Below, piece after piece: positions 46,468 through 61,181 of a stretch of DNA of 64,000 nt. The notes under the pieces were generated by a model, which saw only the letters and a list, made by a program, of their open reading frames with translations, had not been told where the DNA came from and ran no database searches. The stretch lies in assembly GCA_963666215.2 (NCBI GenBank), contig CAXWPL010000003.1, positions 128,001-192,000 on the forward strand. The letters run 5' to 3'. The position numbers were made by a program, and so were the translations under genes. Position 1 is the first letter of the stretch; each line of letters opens with the position of its first letter. Origin of the DNA: Acidobacteriota bacterium. Lineage in GTDB: Bacteria; Acidobacteriota; UBA890; WLXD01.

Positions 46468-48893
46468 TCTCGGCCCTCGGCGACGGCGCGAAGGAGATCG
46501 GAATAGACGCCGGCGGCAGTGAGCGCGCGCCCGGCGCCGGGTCCGCTGACGACCAGTGGCTGATCGGCGTACCGATCCGTTGTGAAGGCGAAGAGGTTGT
46601 CGGTGCCCTCAACCTGAGCGCAGGGGTGAGAGGGCTCGAGAGCCGCCAGCCCGACGCGGCCGGAACCGTTCTCCCAGCGTGCGAGATAGGTCAGCACCTT
46701 GCCCTCGCTTACGGCGCTCGCGACCTGTCGGGCGAAAGGCTCATCGAGCTCAGGCAGGTGGCTCCAGAAGTCCTCGGTCGTCATGTCCGACCACTCTTCG
46801 TCGAGCAGCGACTCGATCTCGAGGTCGGCCAGATCGAGCTCGGCCCCTGTCAGGCGGACAAGAATGAGGAGTTTGCGGGCCACGTCCATCCCGTTCAGGT
46901 CTTCGCGCGGATCGGGCTCGGTATAGCCGAGCGAGTGAGCTTCGCGCACGACATCGCTAAACTTGTGGCCGGTGCGTAGGCCGGTCATGAGAGTTCCCAG
47001 CGTACCCGAAAAGAGGCCCTCTACTTTGTGCAGCTGATCCCCGGTCGCCAACTGATCCTGGACCGTGCGGATGACCGGCAGCCCCGCGCCGACGGTGGCT
47101 TCAAAGAAGAGGTTGCCGCCTGAGGCCGCTGCTGCTGTGATCTGCCGCCAGCTCTCCTGAGCGCCCGCAAACGGCTTCTTGTTGGCCGCGACGATGTCGA
47201 CGCCGGCAGCGAGCAAGAGCGGGTAGATCGAGCCGAGGGTGTCGCTGGCGGTGCAGTCGATCAGGATTCGGTGGCCGGGCGCCGACGTGATGAAGTCGAG
47301 GCAGCGCGAGAGATCAGTCGCTTCTCCAGTGCCTGCGGCGATGCGGTCGAGGGTCCATGCAGCGTTGTCCTCGCGCCCGAGATCGAGGCTCATCCGGCGA
47401 CTGTTGAGGAGTCCGGAGAGACTCCAGCCCGCAGGTGGTCTAGTCCTACGGAGCTGGTCGAGGAGCTCCGAGCCGACGCCGCCGACGCCGGCCAAGAAGA
47501 GGTGAGTCCGAGGCTTGGCGAAGAACGCCGAGTGCAGGGTCTGGAGGACTCGGGCCTCGTCCGCAGCAGCGACTGCAAAGGAGATGTTGAGCTCTGAAGA
47601 GCCCTGCGCGATGGCGCGCACGTTGATCTCTTCGCGGCCGAGAGCCTCAAAGAGTGTCCCCGAGATTCCAGGGCGGTGGTTCATTCCGGCTCCGACCACC
47701 GCCACGATGGAGAGGTCTTCGTCAACGACCACATCCTTGATGAGGCCGATCTCGCGCTCGCGCTCGAACTCGTTGTGGATCACGTCGCGCGCCAACGTTG
47801 CCATGCCCGGCTCTACGGCGAGACAGATCGAGTGCTCGCTCGAGGCCTGGGTGATCAGAAGGGTGTTGACCTGACCATCGGCCAGGGCCGTGAAGAGCCG
47901 TCGGGCCGCTCCTGCGATCGTGGCCATGCCGTCGCCCTCGAGCCGTATGAGAGCGATATGGGACATGGCCGAGATGCCGCGGATCGGGTTCTCCCCAGGC
48001 TGGGCCGACTCTTCGATGCGGGTGCCAGGGAAGCTGGGATTGAGAGTGTTCTTGATCAGCAGCGGCACCGATCGCGAGCGCGCTGGATGCACGGCCGGCG
48101 AATAGACGACCTTCGCTCCAAAGTGGGATAGCTCGAGCAGCTCGTCGTAGCTCAGCGCCTCCTGGGAGAAAGCCTCCGGTACCTTGCGCGGATCGCAGCT
48201 GAGGACGCCGTCGACGTCGGTCCAGATCTCTATGCGCTCCGCGTAGAGCGCTGCGCCTACCAGCGACGCGGTGTAGTCCGAGCCGCCGTATCCCAACGTT
48301 GCGGTTTCGCCTTGCTCCGTCTGGGCAAGGAACCCTGTCACCACTTGTAGAGGGAGCGTCTGAGAGAAGTGCTCGACGATTCGGTCGTAGGTCGTCTCGA
48401 AGTTGACCCGGGCTGCTCCGAACCTGCGGTCGGCAATGATGAACTGGCGCGCGTCACAGGCCTCGGTCTCGATGCCGCTCTCAGACAGCGCCCCCGCTAC
48501 CAGGGCCGAGGACAGCAGCTCTCCCATGCTCAGCACTTTGTCGAGTGTGCGCGGGCTGCACTCGCGCACCAGACAGATTCCTTCCAGAACGATCTCGAGC
48601 TCCGCGAACCGGCTCCGGATCACCTGCTCGAGAGTGGCTCGAGCATCTCCGCTAGTGAGCGCGGCAGCTATCTGCAAGTGGCGTTCGGCCATCGCGTTGC
48701 AGCGCTCGGGAAACACTCTGTCGCCGCGAGAGCAGTCGGAAGCGGCGTTTCCGAGCTCGTCGGTAATGCCGCCGAGCGCCGAGACGACGACACAGATCTT
48801 CGACTCGAGGCAGGCGGCCGCAACGAGCTCGGTGACGATGCCGATACGCTCGGCGTCGCGCACGGAGGTTCCGCCGAACTTCATGACTCTCAT
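46464..48893 (-). CDS. thrA: Bifunctional aspartate kinase / homoserine dehydrogenase I
   Basis: KFGGTSV, GGSDYTA, ACT domains (QASSEHS, QGSSELN), GVGGVG, EATVGAGLP, EPDPREDL, GPGAG. Confidence 0.96.
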   Translation of the reverse strand: MRVMKFGGTSVRDAERIGIVTELVAAACLESKICVVVSALGGITDELGNAASDCSRGDRVFPERCNAMAERHLQIAAALTSGDARATLEQVIRSRFAELEIVLEGICLVRECSPRTLDKVLSMGELLSSALVAGALSESGIETEACDARQFIIADRRFGAARVNFETTYDRIVEHFSQTLPLQVVTGFLAQTEQGETATLGYGGSDYTASLVGAALYAERIEIWTDVDGVLSCDPRKVPEAFSQEALSYDELLELSHFGAKVVYSPAVHPARSRSVPLLIKNTLNPSFPGTRIEESAQPGENPIRGISAMSHIALIRLEGDGMATIAGAARRLFTALADGQVNTLLITQASSEHSICLAVEPGMATLARDVIHNEFEREREIGLIKDVVVDEDLSIVAVVGAGMNHRPGISGTLFEALGREEINVRAIAQGSSELNISFAVAAADEARVLQTLHSAFFAKPRTHLFLAGVGGVGSELLDQLRRTRPPAGWSLSGLLNSRRMSLDLGREDNAAWTLDRIAAGTGEATDLSRCLDFITSAPGHRILIDCTASDTLGSIYPLLLAAGVDIVAANKKPFAGAQESWRQITAAAASGGNLFFEATVGAGLPVIRTVQDQLATGDQLHKVEGLFSGTLGTLMTGLRTGHKFSDVVREAHSLGYTEPDPREDLNGMDVARKLLILVRLTGAELDLADLEIESLLDEEWSDMTTEDFWSHLPELDEPFARQVASAVSEGKVLTYLARWENGSGRVGLAALEPSHPCAQVEGTDNLFAFTTDRYADQPLVVSGPGAGRALTAAGVYSDLLRAVAEGRE

Positions 48894-49059
48894 GGCAGCA
48901 ACTACTTGGGGCGGCGACTCGAAGAGCGGCGACTCGAAGGGACAGTCCGGCTGGCTCGGTTCTCAGCGACTCGCGGAAGCCTGGAGGGGCGAAAATTGTA
49001 CCAGCGAGAAGAAGCCAGGACAGCAGAATCAGACCATCGGCACTGCTAGAGTCGGCCTC

Positions 49060-49410
49060 TTGCGAAGCGCCAGGACTGGACTTCCATTCACGCTGATGAG
49101 CGGCTCGTTGCGGACTTTCCGAAAGAGGGAGAGTTCAGCTTGGCCCTTGCCTACGGCAACACCTATCGCGTCGGCATGTGGAGCCTCTCGCTGCCGCGGG
49201 TCTACGAACTCGTGCGCGCACAACCGGGTTGGATGTGTGAGAGGTTCTTCTCCGATGGTGAGGAGGTGCCAGGCTCCGTTGAGCGAGGCACACCGTTGGA
49301 GGTTTTCGGCTGCATCGGCTGCATCGGCTTCGAGGTCTCTTTCGAGGACGACTACGTAAACCTTCTCCGCATACGGGTGCGAGCCCGCATCCCGGGCCGG
49401 CGCGATCGCG
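49060..49410 (+). pseudogene. N-terminal remnant of a B12-binding-type radical SAM protein
   Basis: LALAYGNTYRVGM..VYEL..CERFF...GFEVSFEDDYVNLLRI; 9-bp tandem duplication at ~49306-49329; truncated before any CxxxCxxC. Confidence 0.55.
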
Positions 49411-49439
49411 TGATGCCTTCAGTCGAGCATGTCACGGCA

Positions 49440-49700
49440 CTATACGCGAACAACCGATGCGATGCCTCTCACCAACCTGCGCGGCAACGAGAACCCCAGA
49501 TGGCGTCGCGCCGTCGCCCGCCTGGGGCCTGGTCGATCGTCGAGGCGCGCTTGAAGCAAGATTGGAGCCCGGAGCAGATCGCCGGCAGGCTCTCGCTGAG
49601 TGGCGTCCTCTCGATCAGCCACGAGACCATCTACCGCCACATCTGGGAGAATCGTCGAAGCGGTGGGCTTCTCTACAACCACCTCCGAGGGTCGCGAAAA
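49440..49700 (+). mobile_element. IS30 family transposase fragment
   Basis: LKQDWSPEQIAGRL...ISHETIYRHIW motif; DDE domain absent. Confidence 0.8.
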
Positions 49701-50199
49701 GCGCGCTCCACGGGCACTCGAGCTCGCGGCCGACAGCATTGCTCAGGCGACATTGATTCGCGACTCGGCCTACCGGCGTCTCGTTGAGTCCGGCGGGCCG
49801 ATGACGTCGAGCGGGCGCACTCGGCGCGTGTTCACGGTGTGGTGCAGCACCCTCGATCGTCTTGAGCGTCACCTGCGGCTGGTGGGGATGAAACGTGAGC
49901 CGAGGCCGACGAGGACGAACATCAGCTCGCGTAGCGCGCAGAAGGGACATCTGATGCCATGAGCGGCGCGCAGTCCCAGCGTGCGGGACCGACCTTGACC
50001 ATCGTGGACGCGCTACGGGACCACAAGCTGTTCGGCGGAGATCCTCGCCGACCTGAACGCCCTCGCCGACACCCTCACCGCGATGCCCCGCAGCAACGGG
50101 GAGCTCTCCGTGAGTGGCTTTGCCGGCCGCCTCCATGAGCTCGGCGGTGGGCTCGATGGTTGCGTCGTGGCCACACGGGCCGGCAGCAACCGCGCGAGC

Positions 50200-50518
50200 G
50201 GGGCTACCCTGAGGCCGTGTGCAACTTCCACATCTGGCCGAACCGCGAAGCGGGGCTCGCCGAGATCCGACGGGTGCTGAAGCCCGGCGGCACGTTGCTC
50301 CTGGCGGTGCGTACCGCGCCGAGGAGACCGGGCAAGTACCCCCCCCCGGCCTCGACGAAGACGCGATCAGACGCGCCGTCGCAGAGGTCGAGGCCGCACG
50401 GTTCGATGACTTGCGGCTCGAGAGGCGCGATACGGGGCGTCAGGTCGTCTGCATCATCGGTCGAAAGACCGGCGGGGAGGTTGACACCGACAGGCTGCCG
50501 CGCACGGTGAACGCCTAG
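50200..50518 (+). pseudogene. C-terminal remnant of a class I SAM methyltransferase
   Basis: FHIWPNREAGLAEIRRVLKPGGTLLL; frame change within a C9 tract (50339-50347). Confidence 0.65.
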
Positions 50519-50907
50519 GTCCGCGGGCGATAGCTTCGTGCGGAAATGGACAGAGCCGCACGCTCAGATTCCAGCGTGATCACTCCAGAAGACCAGCTTG
50601 ATCGTTCGAGCTCTTCCCGGTTTCTAGGCATCGGCCTCATCGCCGCCGGCTTGGCGGCTTGCCAGTCAGCAGAGCCTTCCCCAGAGCCGTCCGATCTGCC
50701 TGCCGGCCACCTACTTCACCGTGAGCCTGGAATCAGGACGCTATGCCTGGGTCTCGGAAGGTTATGCCAGCGGGGGATCGTGACGAAATTCACCGTCGAG
50801 TATCCCTTGTCGCATTGGCGTAAGATCGACGGGCCCGGGAGCAAGCGACACAGCTCCACCGCGGAACGGGATCGAACGGAATCCAACTCTCGAGAGAGGT
50901 CGACATC

Positions 50908-51861
50908 ATGAAGATCATCAGCGCCGACGAAGTCCATGCCGCGCTCGGCTATCCAGCTCTAGTTGATGCGTTGCAGGACACCTTCGCCAAGGAGTTCAAT
51001 CAGCCGCCGCGCCAGGTCTTCATGCTCGACGACAACCCCGACAACACCGACGCCTTTGCGTTGCTGCCGGCTTGGAACGACAAGATCATCGCCGTCAAGG
51101 CGTTCACCTACTACCCGAGCAACTCGCCGCCGCACGATCTTCTGTACTCCAAGGTCATGATCTTTGACCGGCCGCACGGCGAGCCGCTGGCGCTGGTCGA
51201 CGGCACCACATGCACCTTCTGGCGCACGGGCGGGGTTTCGGGCCTGGCAACGCGTCTGCTGAGTCGCGAAGACTCTTCCACGATGTTGCTCCTCGGCACC
51301 GGCAACCTGTCCACCTACATGATCCGCGCCAACGCCTCGGTGCGCCCGCTCCAGAAGATCATGGTGTGGGGAAATCCCGATGGGCTGCCGCCGGTGGCCG
51401 ACGCCCAAGCAGTGATCGATCAGGTATCCGCCGAGCTACCGAACGTCGAATTTTCGGTCACTTCCGACCTCGAGGCTGCATGCGGCGAAGCCGACATCAT
51501 CGTCAGCGCCACCGCGTCGCCCGACATCCTAGTGCGCGGCGCCTGGCTCAAGGCGGGCACGCATCTCGACTTCATCGGCAATCACCACGCCGACAAGCGG
51601 GAGTGCGACACCGAGGTCATCACGCGAGGCAAGGTCTACGCCGACAGCTACGTCAACGCTTTCAAGGAGGCCGGCGAGATCCTCGTACCCATCGAGGAGG
51701 GCGTCTTCACGAAAGACGACGTCGTGGGCGAGCTCTCCGAAATGTGCTCGGGCAAGGTGCCGCTACGAACCAACGACCAGGAGATCACCGTGTTCAAGGC
51801 GATCGGCCAGGCGGTGACGGACCTTGTAGCAGCGAGCCTCGCCTACTCGGCGTCCGAGTGA
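50908..51861 (+). CDS. Ornithine cyclodeaminase/mu-crystallin family (delta1-pyrroline-2-carboxylate reductase-like)
   Basis: LLPAW, TFWRT, LLGTGNL, ADIIVSAT, GTHLDFIG, EAGE, TVFKAIG. Confidence 0.85.
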   Translation: MKIISADEVHAALGYPALVDALQDTFAKEFNQPPRQVFMLDDNPDNTDAFALLPAWNDKIIAVKAFTYYPSNSPPHDLLYSKVMIFDRPHGEPLALVDGTTCTFWRTGGVSGLATRLLSREDSSTMLLLGTGNLSTYMIRANASVRPLQKIMVWGNPDGLPPVADAQAVIDQVSAELPNVEFSVTSDLEAACGEADIIVSATASPDILVRGAWLKAGTHLDFIGNHHADKRECDTEVITRGKVYADSYVNAFKEAGEILVPIEEGVFTKDDVVGELSEMCSGKVPLRTNDQEITVFKAIGQAVTDLVAASLAYSASE

Positions 51862-51879
51862 GAGTGCGCGACTAGGCCG

Positions 51880-52794
51880 CTAGGCCGGTACCAGCTCTTT
51901 CGGACGAGTCGCCACACAGTTGCGGACGATTCCTAGCACGCGCTCGCGTTCCTCTCCCACCAGCGACAGGCGTGGCGGACGCGTCCGCTCGTGCCCGAAG
52001 CCGAGCTCCTGCACGGTGAGCTTGATGTACTGCACCAGCTTCGGGTGCGAATCGAACACGAGCATGGGCATGTACCAGCGGTAGATCTCCAGGGCTCGGG
52101 CGTAATCACCCGAGGTAGCCGCGTCCCAGAGCATGCGATTCTCGCGAGGGAACGCGTCGACAAGGCCGGAAATCCAGCCCGTACAACCGAGCATGATGCT
52201 CTCGAGCGCCACGTCGTCAAGACCAGCAAAAATCGGGAAGCGGTCGCCGAGCGTGTTGAAGAGCTCGGTGACCCTGCGGACATCGCCGGAGGCTTCCTTG
52301 ATGCAGACGATGTTGTCGACGTCCATCAGCTGCTTGAACATCTGGGGCGTGATGTCCACCCGGTACACGGGCGGATTGTTGTAGCACATGATCGGCAGCG
52401 TAGTTGATGTCGCCACGGTGCGGTAATGAGCGATGGTCTCGCGGGCATCGGCGTTGTAGACCATCGCCGGCAGCAGCATGATGCCGTCGATGCCGGCGTC
52501 CTTGCCGGCGGCCACGGTGTTACAGGCGCCCTGCGTGGTGTACTCGGCCACGCCGCTGAGCACGGGCACATGGCCACCGGCCACTTCCACAGCGGCGCGC
52601 AGCACCTCCACCTTTTCGTCCAGGCTGAGGGACGTGTTCTCTCCAATAGTCCCGAGCATCACGAGCCCATGGATGCCGTCGTCCAGCAGCACCTGGATGT
52701 GGCGCTTGGTGGCCTCGATGTCCAAGGAAAGGTCTTCCTTGAACTGCGTCGGCACTGCAGGGAAGACACCGCCCCAATCGACTTCTAACGGCAT
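51880..52794 (-). CDS. Dihydrodipicolinate synthase family (delta1-pyrroline-4-hydroxy-2-carboxylate deaminase-like)
   Basis: WGGVFPAVPTQFK, LGTIGE, YNNPPVY, IKEASGD, GWISGLVDAFP, KLVQYIKL. Confidence 0.85.
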   Translation of the reverse strand: MPLEVDWGGVFPAVPTQFKEDLSLDIEATKRHIQVLLDDGIHGLVMLGTIGENTSLSLDEKVEVLRAAVEVAGGHVPVLSGVAEYTTQGACNTVAAGKDAGIDGIMLLPAMVYNADARETIAHYRTVATSTTLPIMCYNNPPVYRVDITPQMFKQLMDVDNIVCIKEASGDVRRVTELFNTLGDRFPIFAGLDDVALESIMLGCTGWISGLVDAFPRENRMLWDAATSGDYARALEIYRWYMPMLVFDSHPKLVQYIKLTVQELGFGHERTRPPRLSLVGEERERVLGIVRNCVATRPKELVPA

Positions 52795-52907
52795 AGTGAC
52801 CTCTTTCGCGATCCTGGTAGGCTTCAGATCTTGAAGCGTATTCGGTACCGTGCGACCCAACAAGCTGCCCGCTCTCGCCTCCCTTTTATGATCACAGGAC
52901 CGCTCCC

Positions 52908-53978
52908 ATGGCCAAGCCGGTTCGCATCGCCCTCTTGGGCAACTCGCACGCGGAATCCGTGCAGCTTCCGGCACTTGCGCACATCGGCGGCAACCAGGTC
53001 GTCGGGATCGCCGGCCACAACGCCGACAAGGCGGCGGCCACTGCGCACAGTTGGGGAATCGAGCGCTCCACCGGCGACTGGCGCGAGCTCCTGGATCTCG
53101 ATCCCGATCTGATCATCGTCGCCACGCCGGTCGACCTGCACTACGAGATGGTCCGCGCGGCGCTTTCGACGAACGCGGCGGTACTTTGCGAAAAGCCCTT
53201 TACGCTGAACGTCGAACAAGCAGAAGAGCTCACGTCGGGCGCAAAGGGGCGCTTGGCGCTCATCAACTACCAGATGCGCTGGAACCCGAATCGCCGCAAG
53301 ATGCGTGCTCTGTGTGGCGACGGATTCGTTGGAGAGGTGCTCCACGTCCGCGCCGACCTGCTGCGCGACACCGCTAATTTCAGGGAGCGACCCTATGGCT
53401 GGTGGTCCCAGGCTTCGCGCGGCGGCGGCGTGCTCGGAGCCACTGGCACACATCTCGTCGACAACATTCAGTGGATGTTCGGCCCGATTCAAGCCGTGAG
53501 CGCGCGCTTGGAGACCTTCGTGGCGCAGCGATTCGACGCTCAGGGGCTCGAGCACAAGGTGACGTCCGACGATTTCGCCGAGTTGTCGCTCCGTCTCGAG
53601 AGCGGCGCCCTCGTCACGTTGACCGTCAGCCTGGCGCTCCGCGGCGTGGCGCGCTGGTTGGTCGAGATTGCCGGCACCGAGGGTGCGCTTCGTTTGGACC
53701 GCGAACAGCACCTGACGGGCGCGCCTCACGGAACCGCGATGACGGCGATCGACAGCGGAATGCCTTGGATCCCTCCCGAGGAGTACGGAGTCGTGGGTCG
53801 CGGCCCGTTCGCGGCGCTCGAGGTCGCGCACCTGGCGGCGATCGTCGAGGCGGTGTCGCGCGGAGAAACGGAGCTCGAGGAAGCGGCGACGTTTGCCGAC
53901 GGCTTGGCCAACGTGCGCGTCCTCGAGGCCGCACGCGCGTCCTCGGCCGATGGCGGAGGGTGGGTCGCTTGTAGCTAG
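52908..53978 (+). CDS. Gfo/Idh/MocA family oxidoreductase
   Basis: IVATPVDLH, VLCEKP, GGGVLGATGTHLVD. Confidence 0.9.
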   Translation: MAKPVRIALLGNSHAESVQLPALAHIGGNQVVGIAGHNADKAAATAHSWGIERSTGDWRELLDLDPDLIIVATPVDLHYEMVRAALSTNAAVLCEKPFTLNVEQAEELTSGAKGRLALINYQMRWNPNRRKMRALCGDGFVGEVLHVRADLLRDTANFRERPYGWWSQASRGGGVLGATGTHLVDNIQWMFGPIQAVSARLETFVAQRFDAQGLEHKVTSDDFAELSLRLESGALVTLTVSLALRGVARWLVEIAGTEGALRLDREQHLTGAPHGTAMTAIDSGMPWIPPEEYGVVGRGPFAALEVAHLAAIVEAVSRGETELEEAATFADGLANVRVLEAARASSADGGGWVACS

Positions 53979-54079
53979 GGGGTCGCTGAGGTCGCCCGGG
54001 GGGCCCTGTGAAGGGGCATGGTGGAACCGAACCCTACGTGTAGGCCCTGTTCCGGGCAGATACCCGTTAGGATGCGGCC

Positions 54080-56299
54080 ATGCTCCGCAACGCCTCCCCT
54101 CGCCACTGGCTGGCACACCTGTCACTCGCCTGCGTTGTGCTGGCTGGGATCCCGACAGCGATCGGCGCCCTTGTAGCCAATGCAAGGCAAGAGCGAGAAG
54201 GCGTTCTGATCGAGCACATCGCTCACGCCGCGTTCCGCATCACGTCGGCAAGCGGATCCTCCGTCCTGGTCGACCCGTACGCCTCGCGCACATGGATCGG
54301 CTACGACTTTCCGGCCGGTCCAGTCGACGACGACGCGGTGCTCATCACGCATCCGCACTACGACCATGATGCGGGGATCTACCGCGGGATGGATCCTCCG
54401 TGGGACGACGCGATGCCGGTCCACCGCGAACCCGGCTACTACGAGGTGGGCGACATTCGTGTGCTGGGCGTACAGGGCAAGCACGCCGACCCCTACGGCA
54501 CGGAGTTCGGCCAGATCAACACGATCTGGCGCATCGAGGTCGATGGCGTAGCGATCGTACATGTGGGCGACAACGGCCCCATCGACGACGCCATCGCGAC
54601 GCAGCTCGGAGAGGTCGATCTGCTGCTGCTGCCGATCGACGATCAGTTCCACATCCTCAGCCAGTTCGAGATCGAGGACGTTCTGCGGCGCCTGGATCCG
54701 AGCCTGTTGATCTCAATGCACTACCGCGAAAACGCGCTCGAGCCAGCTGCCGACGAGCCAGAAGCTCTCGGCGCGATCGAGGACTGGTTACGGCTGCATG
54801 GCTCGCCGACTCCGGTTCGACGCGCAAATGGCCACGCGGTGCGCCTGACGGCCAACGATCTGCCTGGCGAGCGCGAGATCTTGGTGTTCGGGGTGTCTCC
54901 CGACGTGCCACCTCCCGCCCCGAGCTTGATCGTCCGCAACGTCACGGTGATCGATCCGGCTACCGGCGAGCGGCCGGGCATGAGTGTGGCGATCGCCGGC
55001 GACACGATCGTTCAGGTAGCCGACGACGAGATCCCCTCCGACACTACGACCGTGGTTGTGGATGGCACGGGAAAGTACCTGCTGCCAGGGCTGTGGGACG
55101 CCCACGTGCACTTCGCCTACGACCCCGAGATCGCGCCGGCGATGTTCAACCTGTTCCTGGCGAACGGCATCACCAGCGTGCGCGATACCGGCGGTCAGCT
55201 CGAAACGGTGCTGCCGTGGCGCGATCACGCGCGCTCCGGCGAGTTGCCGGCGCCACGGGTGTTCGTCGCCGGCCCGCTGATTGACGGCGACCCGCGGGTG
55301 TATGACGGCCGCGCCGGCCGACCCGACCTCGGAACTCCTATCGGCTCGCCCGCCGACGCCCGACAGAAGGTCGACGAGCTCGTTGCCGCGGGTGTCGATC
55401 TCATCAAGGCCTACGAGCTTCTCTCGCCCGCAACCTTCGACGCCGTGGTGACTCGCGCCGCAGAGCTCGGGCGCCCCGTCACCGGGCACGCGCCGCTGAG
55501 CATGGACGCCAGCGACGCCTCCGTGGGCATGAGCAGCATGGAGCATCTCCGCAACCTCGAGCTGGCCTGCTCGAGCGAGGCCAGCGCCATGCTGGCCGAG
55601 AGGCGCGACCTGATGGCGGCCGGTTGGGAGAGCGGCGGCAGCCTCCGCGGCTCGATCCATGCGGCGCGGAGGCCACGAGCGGTCGACACCCAGGACGAAG
55701 CTCGCTGCAACCGGCTCGTCGCGACCCTGAAGGCCAACGGCACCTAGCAGGTGCCCACGCTGACGATCGTGATGCCGCGCGTGACTCGCCTGCACGCGCG
55801 ACCCGAATGGCGTGCCAACTTCAGCTACTTGCCCGAGCCGGTTCGCGTCCGCTGGCTGCAGCGCGCCGAGGCGCTGACCAGCAGCACGCCCGACGCCGCG
55901 GCAATCGCCCACGCCGACTGGGCGCGTGCAATGGTGCTGCGACTCAGCCGGGCGAACGTTCCGATCATGGCGGGCACCGATACGCCGATCTCGCTTCTGA
56001 CTCCGGGCTTCAGCCTCCACGAGGAGCTCGCACTCCTGGTGGAGGCGGGGCTCACGCCGCTGCAGGCTATCGAAGCCGCGACTTTGACGCCGGCGCGGTT
56101 CTTCGGCCTCGAGAACATCATGGGGACGATCGCCGCCGGCAAGCAAGCCGACCTCGTCCTGCTCACGGCAAACCCGCTCGACAACATCCGCGCCACCGCG
56201 AGCATCGATGCCGTGGTGCGCGCCGGCCACCTCTTCGACCGCGCCACGCTCGACGAGCTGCTGCGAGCCGCTCCCGAATCCGATGGACGAGCGCACTAG
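54080..56299 (+). pseudogene. Exported MBL-fold + amidohydrolase fusion interrupted by an in-frame TAG (55745-55747)
   Basis: MBL THPHYDH and HVGD; amidohydrolase PGLWDAHVH, GVDLIK, GH, EH; the frame continues NGT*QVPTL...AGTD...GKQADLVLL. Confidence 0.75.
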
Positions 56300-56444
56300 G
56301 GCCGCCCCATAGCGATCCTCGAGATCACCCTTCGGCCCCCCTCCCCCACGTATCCAGGAGCGGGCTGAAGACCGGACGCGCTACTGGCTTCCTACGTCGC
56401 GTTGCCGACCTACTGGGTTGGCGGCCTCCTGTTACGATTTTCGA

Positions 56445-60674
<4,230 letters not shown>

Positions 60675-60734
60675 GTCGGCCGGCGATCCTCCGCTGAGCA
60701 ACAACCGTCGAGTCTCCCTCCGGCGAGACCGCCG

Positions 60735-61181
60735 TCAGGTGCGCCAGGCCTCGTCAATCGTGAGGATGCGTGCCTCTTCGTCGTCCGGGTGGTAGTCGAC
60801 CTCGACCATGATCGAGCTGCCGAGGTCCCATCCCGCCTCTTCGAGCCGCTCCCCCCACTCCACCGCGACCACGACGTCGCTGGCGTAGAGATCCTCCAGG
60901 CCGAGGTCCGTGAGGTCGGCCACCGCCACACGGAAGAGGTCGACGTGGTACAGGGTCATGCGCCCGGGGTGTTCGTTGATGAGCGCATAGGACGGACTGC
61001 TGATGGCCTTGGGGTCGATACCGAGGCCGGAGGCGAAACCGCGCACGAACTGGGTCTTGCCGGCGCCGAGCGGCCCGAACAGCAGCAGCACCTCGCCGCC
61101 GCGCATGCGACGACCGAGAGACTCGCCGATCTGTTCTGTTTCTTCGACCGACTTCGAGAGGTAGTCGCGAGTGCGATTCAT
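60735..61181 (-). CDS. tsaE: tRNA threonylcarbamoyladenosine biosynthesis ATPase
   Basis: GPLGAGKTQF, SSPSY, HVDLFR, VEW. Confidence 0.93.
   Translation of the reverse strand: MNRTRDYLSKSVEETEQIGESLGRRMRGGEVLLLFGPLGAGKTQFVRGFASGLGIDPKAISSPSYALINEHPGRMTLYHVDLFRVAVADLTDLGLEDLYASDVVVAVEWGERLEEAGWDLGSSIMVEVDYHPDDEEARILTIDEAWRT

Noticed and set aside
49140-49787. 215-aa ORF as a real novel protein
   Set aside because: It is a chance in-frame join of a radical SAM remnant and an IS30 fragment.
50339-50347. Phase-variable poly-C switch
   Set aside because: The host methyltransferase is already 5'-truncated, so switching would restore nothing.
55745-55747. Pyrrolysine read-through of TAG
   Set aside because: The position corresponds to a Trp in the family motif (one change from TGG), and no pyl genes or methylamine methyltransferase context are present.
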